A stretch of DNA of 62,533 nt, counting the filler, from Dicyema japonicum (lineage: Eukaryota; Animalia; Dicyemida), in the NCBI GenBank assembly GCA_011109175.1. It is 9 parts of 9 records of this genome, joined end to end, with 100 filler letters (N's around TTAATTAATTAA, not from the genome) between each part and the next. Parts side by side here need not be neighbours in the genome. Positions count along the whole stretch, not along the records: positions 39,211 to 45,127 come from RDEW01000194.1; positions 45,228 to 49,948 come from RDEW01000228.1; positions 50,049 to 53,100 come from RDEW01000348.1; 6 more parts are not named here. The stretch is one strand, 5' to 3'. A program made the position numbers and the translations under genes. The notes under the pieces are model-generated. The model searched no databases. It was given only the letters and a program-made list of their open reading frames with translations, and had not been told where the DNA came from. Below are positions 39,975 to 50,647 of the stretch, piece after piece (the stretch's first letter is position 1; every line of letters starts with the position of its first letter).

Positions 39975-40200
39975 TTAATTAAATTTATTGAACCAGAAAG
40001 ACACCGTCATAGCCGGAATGAAAAAAATTAATGTGATCCCGGCCTCTCTCGGCAATCTTAGCATGCTCGGAGTTGAAGGAAGTGCTGTCCAAGGGAAACT
40101 TCTTTGATGGTTGTTGACTAATGGTCCTTTTGGATACAATTTAGGAGGTCGAGTTGAGGCAAGATTTTTTATTCTAAGACTTGAAATCGAACAATTTTTA
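39975..40200 (-). mobile_element. LINE-family 3' end
   Basis: Minus strand reads CCTAAATTGTATCCAAAAGGACCATTAGTCAACAACC...CCGAGCATGC...GGGATCAC...CTGGTTCAATAAAT, shared with 26990-27200, 32490-32590 and 35550-35630. Confidence 0.55.
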
Positions 40201-40289
40201 TTTAAAAAACTCTGAACTACTTGATTGTTTCAAATCTCCAAATTTTCTTATTTGGCTGACATTTAAATCATCTAACTTCAAATCAAGGG

Positions 40290-40964
40290 AAAAAGATAAG
40301 CATTATTAATGCTTGACCATCTACGTGCCTTCAGGAATAAACTGTCGTTGTGGACTCGACGTATTCAAGACAATAATTTAGTTAATTTTCCAACACTGGA
40401 TGGCTATTGAATCAAACTCGACTTTTGATAAAATTATTAAAACAGAAATCAAGAATCTTCTTGAAGGCTTAAAACCTTCATTTGATGGATATTTTTCAAT
40501 TGAAAATATTAAAGATTCTGATACCTGGATTGAGATGATGGGCGATAGAGATGAGGATAAAGACAATTTGATTGAAATACAAGCATCCAAATCACTGAAA
40601 ATGTTGTACTTCTCAAATTCTCTGGAGGTTTTTTGGTGCGGTTCGCAAGTTGGGTTTCCGACCCTTTCAAAAAATCATGCAAGTTCTGGTCCCAACATCT
40701 TGGCTATGTGAATCGGGATTTTCATCTCTACTATATGTAACAAATAAATACGCTCTTAACCCTGAAAACGATCCCAGAATTGCACTAGCAAACAAAAACC
40801 AACGTTTCGAAGAATTAATTAAAACTAAAAGGAAGGAAAAGTCTCAAAAAATTTAACTAATTTTTTGAATAAATTTCGAATTCTGTTAGATTTAAAATCG
40901 GGGGTGCGAGGTTGGTTTTTAAAATTTTTGGGGGAGCGAACTCAAAACGAATTGGGAAGCGCTG
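40290..40964 (+). mobile_element. hAT (Buster/Charlie-type) transposon right half with intact terminal inverted repeat
   Basis: FRNKLSLWTRRIQDNNLVNFPTL; LIEIQ...LEVFW...FPTLSK; TSWLCESGFSSLL. TIR TTGGGAAGCGCTG at 40952-40964 is followed by ATTTAGGA, fitting the Buster nnnTAnnn target pattern. Confidence 0.85.
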
Positions 40965-41269
40965 ATTTAGGATTATATCTGCCGTCACCAGTGATGGTGA
41001 GCCACATGCTTTATCGTGACTCTAACAATTCAAGTTCCCTGAGCCAAAAGGGAAGAGGAGAAACAGAAGAAACAAACAAAAGAATCTTCAATTCAAGTAG
41101 CCACATTGCCCTTGTCTTAAAATTTATTTTATTTATTTAATTGAATTTTAACNGTATCCGGGGTTAATAAATATCTAGGGGCATCCGCTTTTTGTTGTTA
41201 ATTTTCTGTAATCCACCGGATTTCTCCACTTAATGTTCTCACTTTCCGAGGATTCATATCAGTTATCGC

Positions 41270-41612
41270 TCCCCACAGGCAGAACACTCACTTTATTTTA
41301 AGCAAAGAACAGTTATAATAGCTAATCGATGGAGAATCAAGGACCAAGGAATACTCTAACCGGATGGCATAGTGGTTAGGTGTCGGGCGAAGTTGCTTAG
41401 GTTACGGGTTCGATTTTCGCTGATGTTCACCTGGTGGAAGGTTCCACGCATCTACGATGCTAAAAAAGGCTCAACGAGTGACACCGTCATCAATAGACAT
41501 TCACTGTGGAATTGGATAGTCTAAAAGGACACACACCCAAGAAAACAAAAAACAAAGAAGTGAAGAATATTCCTTGGTCCTTGATCCTCCCTCGATTAGC
41601 TAAGAGAACTTG
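41270..41612 (+). mobile_element. tRNA-derived SINE flanked by 38-bp inverted repeats
   Basis: A-box TGGCATAGTGG at 41365-41375, B-box GGTTCGATTTT at 41407-41417; arms 41319-41356 and 41565-41602 are 35/38 complementary. Confidence 0.8.
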
Positions 41613-41712
41613 AAAAAACAAAGAAATAATAAAAATTCACATTTACTTGACTCCTAATACTTTTTGTTAAATATTTATTTAAATAACAAAAATATTATTA
41701 AATAGATATAAA

Positions 41713-43048
41713 ATGGCGCAAATCAACGTTGCTGTTATGTTACAGCTTGATGGAATATTATCACAAGTTAAGTGTTACATATGGTAATCTATATAATTAT
41801 TCCAGTAAATCTCAGTCCGATGTAAAGTTTATGAGCCATGCTAATTGTTCTGCCTTATTCTGCAACGACTGCGTTGTAAATTATATTCTCAGCGACTGCC
41901 CTCACTGTGGGGATCCCATTTATTTAAATTCGATCATTAACCGGGCTAATATAACCAAGTTTTTAAAGTATGTCAGAGAATTACATCATCTGTTTGAAGA
42001 GACTAACCCCTCAACGTTGGAGTGCATCAACGAACCTTTACCTACTTGTGATACCCAAGTCTCACAAAATGTAAGAGATCAAATGAATTCCCCAAAATTA
42101 AAAAAGGTCAATAATATCGCCACTATAAAACGACTCAGAAAAGCAAAGAAACAAAATTTAGCCACTAAAGCAAATAATTCAACTAATCCACCGAGGAAAG
42201 TGAATACATCCACTAAACTAGTCAAAAACAAAAGTATTGGGAGTAAATCAGTCAGTCTCACAATCGGAGGAAAGCCAGGACACGTGCTGATTTCTCACAG
42301 TGGTTACTGCAGACGAGAACTGAGAGTAATAAAAAACATGATAAATTTACTAAACATGAATGTGAGTGATAATATGGGTCCCCACGTGACCCATCTGATT
42401 GTCAAAATTGGGGATAGTGGGTATTGCATGCGANGTAATAAAAAACATGATAAATTTACTAAACATGAATGTGAGTGATAATATGGGCCCCCACGTGACC
42501 CATCTGATTGTCAAAATTGGGGATAGTGGGTATTGCATGCGAACATTCAAGTTCATGATGGGACTTTTGAGGGGGATCTGGATTATATCTGATAAATGTA
42601 TTCTCTCACTGTTATTTAGGGATCTCTGACTGCTTTACCCATAGAACTGTCGTTGACTGCTGTGATTACCAGGTCTCTAATGGTCACGTGGCTGCTGTTG
42701 AGAATGCTAGAATAAATTGCTTGAATGAGGTAACAAATGTTGATTTCTCAGAAACCCCCTCTTTTTGAGGGGATTTTTATAATTTTTAGCGGAAAAACCA
42801 AGATGCCACGACGGGAGGTAATATCACTGGTGGAAAATGGGGGTGCTTTGGTGGTGAGAAAGTTCCCTGCGTATTGTGAGACTGCCCCATACCATTCTTC
42901 TGAAAGTGGATGTCTCCGAACGTGTCCATTCGTGCGAGTCTGTGATGAGGAAGCAAGAGGGAGAAGAGTGACCATGGCTGGTGATTGTGTAATTGTAATG
43001 GAAACGTGGATTTACGATTGTATTTCTGAATTTAAGTTAATTGAATAA
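41713..43048 (+). CDS. BARD1: BARD1-like protein (RING plus tandem BRCT, no ankyrin repeats), ~386 aa
   Basis: Introns 41784-41805, 42598-42619 and 42730-42751 (22 nt each) fall at positions matching human BARD1 as recalled (second RING Cys, BRCT1 Trp, before BRCT2). RING CYIC...CSALFCNDC.8.CPHC; BRCT2 LFEG...GGALV...APYHS...C...TWIYDCISEFKL. 42326-42433 is duplicated after N42434 (assembly artefact, one SNP). Confidence 0.9.
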
Positions 43049-43086
43049 TAATTTTATAAAAAATAATTTAAAAATGCCATAGTGAT

Positions 43087-44375
43087 ATGCTGTGCTCTGT
43101 TACGTACTCTGTGTTCTTCTCGTTGTTTAGTATAGAAGTCTTTTCGCGTGCCCTTTCCATCGTTTGGGGGTTACTCTGTGTTTTTATCAAAGATTTGTGA
43201 ACTTCCACAATATTAAAAAGAAGGTTACGACTGAGGGGATCACGATTATAAAGCCGTTAAAGGGAGATGAAGTGGGTCTCAGGGATAATCTAATCTCCCA
43301 CTTTACTCTGAGTAACCCAAAAGTACTTCAATTATGACTATTAGTTACAAATATTGATGTGCTTCAAATCTAATCAAGACCCTGGTATTCAAGTTTGTGA
43401 GGAGGTCATGAGCGAATATCCCCACGTGGATGCCCAGATACTCATAACAGAGGGACTCTCTAATTCTGTGAATCCACTCGTAGCCAATGCTTCCCCCGCC
43501 TTTAACCACAGCAAATACAACCTCATATGGGTTACCACCAGCAGAATAGTGGGTAGTGATTAGATAACGATAAAGTATCTGACTACATTATGAGTGATTT
43601 GGTGGAGAAGGCCTCAAATCCCTCTGTGGGACTGGCACACCAAATGCCACTCACGATGGGAGATGGTAGGACATTATCATCAGCCATGTCCACTGTAAGG
43701 CTATAAATTTGATTGAAGGTTTACTTTGGTGGATTTCATACTCGGTGGTTTATATTCTCTTATGTTATGGGGATAAAAATGTTTGTAGGAATGTCCTACA
43801 TGTTTGAGAGGAGAAAGTTTGATAGTATTTGCAAGTTTGATGACCTTGGGGGAGTGCTTAATGAGGATATGGCTCTGTCTGAATGTATGACCAATAAGTA
43901 CTCGTTGACTTATTTAAGTGGTTTCATTGATATGCCTTCAACATATCCTGCCAAACAGAATATATCCCACTTTACAGTCTATGATAATATGCAGAGATCT
44001 GTTCGATGGACCAAACTGAGACTCCACTCCCATTTTGTAGTGACCGGAGTGTTGGAAGTGTTGGGAACTCTTTTCATTCGGTGTGCCTTTCTGTTATACT
44101 TGAATCCGATTGGATTAGGATATCTATTACTGTTGGTGTACCTCATGTTCTGTATTATAACTGACTACGCCCTAATATACATTTGCCAGGTTTATTGTGA
44201 TTATATACAGAATGCTCAACCAAACATGAATTTATTACAATATTTGATGGGATGGGTCATCTCTGAGGTCACGACTATCATTATCTTTCTATGGGCTATT
44301 TGTGACCCCAATACCGTTCAGTGGGGAGGAAGGTCCTACACACTGTTTAGGAGAGGACAAGTTAGAGCTAACTAA
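43087..44375 (+). CDS. UGCG: Ceramide glucosyltransferase (glucosylceramide synthase, GT21) homologue
   Basis: Introns 43170-43192 (23), 43323-43344 (22), 43553-43575 (23), 43695-43718 (24), 43898-43918 (21) and 44190-44210 (21) are at positions matching human UGCG as recalled. Motifs IIKPLKG, QDP, VYFG.FH.R, NED, RSVRWTKLR, DP.TVQW.GRSY.L. Confidence 0.94.
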
Positions 44376-44376
44376 T

Positions 44377-45127
44377 TCATTTTTTAATAAACAAAGTAGT
44401 CATATCATTAGTAATACACGTTGGGGGGAGACATAGCGGATTCAGTGTGTATACTATTGACTTTAGTTCGTCAGTTGACCTTATATAAGGATTAGATCTG
44501 TTAAGTCCCTTCACATCCTTACAGATATCGTCAGTTGTGTTAATCTCCCCATTTTTATCATTCTTTTGATTTTGAATGATATTCAAAGCATCAACCCCGC
44601 AAATTAGTTTATCTGACCACTCCAAAAGAGTCTCTTTCAGGCATGAAAAGTTGGAGGTTGAATAAAAACAAGACTGGAGGGAATGAATCAGCTTATTAAG
44701 GATGAGGGACTGTCGTTGACTCAGTTGGGGTAACATCTGGCCTGTGAAAAGACAGTGCAAGTATTTGTAAAGAACCTTGTAGTCCTGGGAGCCCTCAGAG
44801 TCAGCCTTCAACCCCAACACCTTACATAAATTATAATAAAACCGTAGTAAAGTGCTCAGAGTAGTCGTTGTATTGTTTGGTCACGTTTTCTATAAAACTA
44901 AGCCAGCACTCAATGGGGGCTCTATCCTTCTCGTCAATTTTAAAGAACTCACGTTCCTTGTCATAGGCTATCAGTGAGGTTATGTAGTTCTTTACGTCAT
45001 CCTCTGGCCTGCCTATATATTCTGAAAGAGACTTGAAATCAAATTTATCAAATCTAATGTAATGGGTATGATTACTTGTTTAGGGCAACTTCTAGCTTTT
45101 CCTTGTCATCATTTGTCCAACTTTTGA
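44377..45127 (-). CDS. SNAPC2: snRNA-activating protein complex subunit 2 (SNAP45)-like, 5' end lost in gap
   Basis: Introns 45054-45075 and 44821-44842 (22 nt each). SWTNDDKEKL (Myb/SANT-like), APIECWLSFIENVT, FTTVL, DYKVLYKYL, PQLSQRQSLIL and LNPLCLP align with human APIEVWTDLAEKIT, FSQVL, DFEKIYKYL, PELSAAESAVV and LNPFLVP as recalled. Confidence 0.82.
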
Positions 45128-45369
45128 NNNNNNNNNNNNNNNNNNNNNNNNNNNNNNNNNNNNNNNNNNNNTTAATTAATTAANNNNNNNNNNNNNNNNN
45201 NNNNNNNNNNNNNNNNNNNNNNNNNNNTTAATCTTATTGATTGCACTACTGAAATAGACTATCAAATGTTTCCCTACTGCTACCATCACGTACTGGGTAG
45301 CAGGGAGGGGGACAAAGAGTGTCGAGGAGATGGGTAGTTCACCATACATGCGTCGACAATAGACTAGTC

Positions 45370-45440
45370 AGTTAATGGTCACCCAATCAAAGCAAGACTG
45401 CGATCTATGCCGCTTAACCTGGCTAAGTAACCTACCTTAA
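45370..45440. repeat. Dispersed ~70-bp repeat, second copy at 49400-49470
   Basis: Shared CAAAG(C/A)AAGACTGCGATCTATGCCGCTTAACC(T/A)GGCTAA(G/A)TAACCTAC; probably a retroelement UTR. Confidence 0.6.
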
Positions 45441-46089
45441 CTACAGTAGCGTGCAAATGTTGTAGTCAGTTAGTGGCCAGGAAGGTAATTTCATAAATTT
45501 TCCCCGCCAAAGGTTTAAATTTTGTGGCGCGAATTAGCTCCATTTTTAAAACAGTTGGGATTCTCCAAGTCTGAGTGCTTTATCATGGTTTGACGGTTCT
45601 TTCCTTAAGGAAATGCCTCCTGTGAATGTGTTTGGTTGTGAATATTCGAAAATATCGACCTGTAAATCAGGTGTTTGCCCGTGTCCGTCAAAATACACTA
45701 ACAGTCGGCGAAAAAAGAGAGGCTGTATTTATGTAGGAAAAACCTTGGAGGAGGATTAAAGTCGATTGTCTTTAAAAGAGAATTGAGGCTATTCAGTTCT
45801 TGAGGCCTTGGAAAGAATGTCCTCAGTCTGCCTGAGGAGGCGGGATTCTGAGATCAATTAAAGTAAATAAATTGTATTTATCAACGATCGCAGGATTTCT
45901 AGCTTCTAAATATGCTATTGAGAACAAAGAAAGTATCTGTAAGGAGTTAATCAAAACCATTGATCTGGTATTGTAGGAATTTTGGTCTATTCTCATCTAC
46001 ATAGATATTGGTCCCACTTGGGAGTTATTTCGTTTGTCGACAATAATTATAGAATCTCTCGTCTCTTTGCTTCTTAGATTCCCTATAGC

Positions 46090-46880
46090 ATTTTTAGAAA
46101 AATAAATTCAATTCAATGTTTTTGGATGTATAAGTAGTTTGGTAAGCAGGGCAGTTATCGATCAATAGGAAAATCTTTGTTCTTTTACTTATTAGCTCGT
46201 AATCCCAATCATAAAGCCAAGAACTAAAATCTCCCTTGTCATCCAAACCCTTCTAGAAGCTGTATAGTCAACTATTAATTTTGATTAAAATTTTTGAAAC
46301 AGCGAGGGGCTTTAAACTTTCCAATCACCATAGGTTTTCGTTTTATTGAACCAGTAAAATTACAGCATAGCGTGATTTAAAGACGATCTTTAAATTTTTA
46401 TTGCCTGGTCGTATTTTTCTGCATAATGTTTTTGAGGGCATAAGTTTAAAAAATAACCCCGTTTCATCCATATTGTACACTTTTTAGGGCCATAAAAGTT
46501 ATTTTCTATTGGATTTCAACATAAAAAACAGTAAAATCCTTCTTGTTCTCTGAAAATGTTTCCCCAAATAATGTTCTTAATTTTATCTTAATTCTTTTTT
46601 AAAATTTTTACAGCCACCCAATCGATGCTTTAAAATCATCTTCTTGTAACTCTTTCGAAATTTTTTTTGACTTTTCTAATAATAAATTGTCCATCAAAAT
46701 CGCTCCTTTGGCTTTTATTTTTCAATGTAAAGGATCATGCTATCATTTATCCGTTCATATTTTAAATTTAGTTGTCTTTTATTTTTTGGTTCAGTTTTGT
46801 AATATCGGAAATTTTTTCAGCGTTTTTTAAAAAATAACTGACACTTTTTTGTCACAATTCGTGTTTTAAATTTATTGGAT
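46090..46880 (-). mobile_element. pogo/Tigger-family transposase pseudogene
   Basis: FKASIGWL; VYNMDETGLFFKLMPSKTL; LCCNFTGSIKRKPMVIGKFKAPRCFK; VWMTREIF; LLIDNCPAY; multiple stops. Confidence 0.87.
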
Positions 46881-47209
46881 AAAAGATCAGCAATATAAGA
46901 ACAAGACCTGTTTTATTACTTCTGTGATAAGCTATAATTTCATCCTTTGTTCTCTTGTTATCTAGTATATTAGTCTTTGAGAACATTAAATCTTTATGAG
47001 CCATTGTTGGTGCACTAAAAATTAATAATTTTTTTGAATTACATTATTAAGATAAAAATTTGCATTTAAAAATCAAGAAATAACAGAATCGAGCATATAA
47101 TAGAATATTTGTATGTAAATCAACGAAATGTTCAGCAAATAAACGAATGGCGAATAACAGAGTTAGCAAATAAGATAATATTTACTGTATCTATAATCAA
47201 TTATTTCAG

Positions 47210-47930
47210 ATTCGATTAGAGTGGCTGCAGAAAACAGCCCCAAAACAAACGGAGGTGACGACAGTGACACTCTTCAAAATCGTAGTGGGTGGCATAACTC
47301 GCAGGCAAAACTGTACACGAAGAAAACTATTGAGCTGTCGACCCACTGCACTAGATCCAGAACAACTTTCTCAAACTTGCCCAAGTTCACGGGAACCTCA
47401 AAAGATGTGGAAGACCTGGGGAAAACATGTCACTACGCGGGGTTTGTGTTCAGGAGGACAACAGGCGGACTACATTTACTTCAGTCAAACCGTGGCGAGT
47501 CCGAGCAATCTGATGAATCAGTTGCAGTTGGATTATATAAATCAATGGATGGGAAGTACGGGGCCAAAATGATGAGAGTGCAACTGGACGGGGCGAAGAA
47601 TTACAGCAAACTTGCGTCAAGTGAGGTATCGTCCGCACGCCCAATTGCACAGTGGAGCCCTACTCTACGGGAGACAACAAGTAGTCAACACTAATTGCAA
47701 TCAGAATACCTTCTGTCTCTCCGTTCCTTTCATGAGTGGAGGGAAGGATGATGGAGTAGCATGTCAGTACGTCCGGAGACATGTCTTGACCACATCGGAA
47801 TAGCCAGTAAATATCCGCATTTACAGTAAAGTCTCCAAGAAGGAAGAGGTATGAAATTGTCCGCCATGGCAGTTTGACTCTGACAACTCGTAATCGAAGA
47901 TCTGGCTCGGAAGGTCACGGATCAGGAAAA
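47210..47930 (+). other. GC-elevated island with a 157-aa ORF of unknown identity
   Basis: Open frame 47221-47694 preceded by a TTTCAG acceptor-like site; visibly more GC-rich than its flanks; no motif recognised. Confidence 0.3.
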
Positions 47931-48758
47931 CTTATTAGCATCAAAGTCCCACAGATATACTTTCATTAAACTTATCTTACTTAATACATTTTCTTGCTGC
48001 TGCAAGTTCCAGCTGTAATTGCCTTTACGTATATCCACACACTAATCAGTCTAACTCAACTAACCGCACTATTGCTACATAGAGAACCTTGAATACTGAT
48101 TTTGTTAAAGCAAGTTCATAATTCACAGAAATTTATTTCACACCATAGCTCTTTCCAATCTGAACGAAGCACAACTAGCCTACCTGGCAGATAAAAACAG
48201 CCGAAACTATCATCAACTAAATCCCTTTAACGTTCCGCGATGCAACCCTCCACATTTAGGAATAGTCCTTGACCAAAAAGTCTCAAAGATCGAATCAAAA
48301 AACAGTACCAGATCTCTTATGTTATATAAAAAACGATTTCCTTCATTAATAAAAATATTATCTAAAAAGTCTTTAAATTATTTTTTTTATGGTTAACCTA
48401 ATTAAAATAATATTTATAGCGTGTCATTTTTGTTGTTATTGTTTGTTGTTATCTCTTAGTTTTTGTTTTTACTATACATAACATATTTTCATTGCATATT
48501 ATTGATATTCATTCGATTCTTCAATTTTTGTGTTTTTGTGATTTTTAATATCGGGTTTTCTAGAAATCCCACTATTTCAAATTCATTATTTTGGTTTAAC
48601 CACGGAAAGTTGCATTTATCGAATTAAAATGTTATTTTACTTGTATCAATACTTTTTTCCCATCGATTAATATAAAACAAACAATCATTCTTGCCATAAT
48701 CCTTATTATACACGCACATGGATATTAACACTTCCTGATTTGATTAACGCTATGAATA

Positions 48759-49159
48759 TTAACACCATCTTATATTTTTGGATGGTTTTATTTGCACATC
48801 CTCAGCCATCAGCATATTATGGGCGAGTCCAATGGCCGTCTTCCTTAAGCGATTTTTGTTGTTTCGAAATTTAGGATATTAATTTCTAATATATACCGTG
48901 AAACGTAGTTTGCAACATCAAGTTCTCCAGAACCGACGGCAGAGACATCCATTGTGATTGTTTTTTCCAAAATCAGACACATCTACAAGACGGAATCCAA
49001 AGTTGGGCCGAATTCTTCCCTAGCAATAATTAACATCTGATACCTCAATGAGATCTGTGTTTTTTATTGCAGAAACATGTCGGCAGACCCTTCAATTTTT
49101 CACATCCATCAACATCTAAAAATTTTAATAAAATAAATACATGTATTATTAAAATTCAT
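48759..49159 (-). pseudogene. Candidate micro-intron gene or pseudogene needing two frameshifts in A6 runs
   Basis: GT-AG introns at 49116-49140 (25) and 49020-49043 (24). Reads MNFNNTYVDGCEKLKGLPTCFCN...LIEGRIRPNFGFRLVDVSDFG...ITMDVSAVGSGELDVANYVS only if two homopolymers are each one base shorter. Confidence 0.28.
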
Positions 49160-49789
49160 TATCGTTTTTCGAGAGTCTGCGCGAGCATGACTCTTCCACG
49201 GCAACGAATACAAACAACAGTAGTCCCAAACTTAAGTAATTATAAATTAAAAACAAATCTCCATTTCTGTTCACTTGAAAATGAATTATTTTTCCCTTTT
49301 TTTAACAGAATATCTATTTGATATATATTCCAATTATGTTTTTTCTTAAAAAAATAAATAAAATTCATTCGAAATACAGACTTATTGATTTTTTAGTGCG
49401 TTAGTGATCACCCAGCCAAAGAAAGACTGCGATCTATGCCGCTTAACCAGGCTAAATAACCTACTTTAACTGATTAACTCAGAGAGGGTACTAACCAGGG
49501 TACTTCATTCTCACCCAGGAGGCCAACATACCACCATAGGAGCCTCCAAAAGCAATGACTTGTGTTTTTGGAGGGAATATATAGGCAATTAAACTGACGT
49601 AGTCCAACATGGCTTGTTCAGCAGTAAAATATTGTAGGGAATCGAGTCTCCATAGTATATGTGCTCTGCGAACAGAACATAGACGCCAAATTTAGAAGCA
49701 ATCTCTTTATATGTACATCCTCATCAGGAAGAAGCGATGACAAGGAAAACATAAATAAGGTCACCACTAACATTATTATAAATATATTT

Positions 49790-49948
49790 ATTAAACTTTA
49801 GCAATAAGAAAATGCAAAAAATATGGAGTCGACCGAAACTAATCAAAAAAAACCTACGAATAAGACTATACAACTCATACATTAAAGCCGGTACTCATGT
49901 ACAACTCGGCACGTGGGGAGTCACAGAACAGAACTCAAGAAAATGGAC
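49790..49948 (+). mobile_element. RTE-like LINE RT C-terminal fragment
   Basis: KMQKIWSRPKLIKKNLRIRLYNSYIK...GTWG fits the RTE motif KIW......K.RLYN..V......ETW. Confidence 0.6.
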
Positions 49949-50048
49949 NNNNNNNNNNNNNNNNNNNNNNNNNNNNNNNNNNNNNNNNNNNNTTAATTAA
50001 TTAANNNNNNNNNNNNNNNNNNNNNNNNNNNNNNNNNNNNNNNNNNNN

Positions 50049-50605
<557 letters not shown>

Positions 50606-50641
50606 TTCTCAACAGTTTTCAAGTTCAACGTCAAACAGGTA

Positions 50642-50647
50642 TTTATA
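50642..50647 (-). promoter_or_regulatory. Possible TATA box of the actin gene
   Basis: TATAAA 37 nt upstream of the ATG; weak evidence in such an AT-rich context. Confidence 0.25.

Noticed and set aside
41361-41430. Functional tRNA genes here and at 31780-31850 and 53685-53755
   Set aside because: A/B boxes are present, but I could not form acceptor and anticodon stems, and each continues into a shared non-tRNA body; SINE heads.
41872-41892. Extra 17-20 nt intron in the BARD1 RING (GT...CTCAG)
   Set aside because: Removing it shifts the frame; the unspliced sequence gives the exact 8-residue Cys spacing of BARD1.
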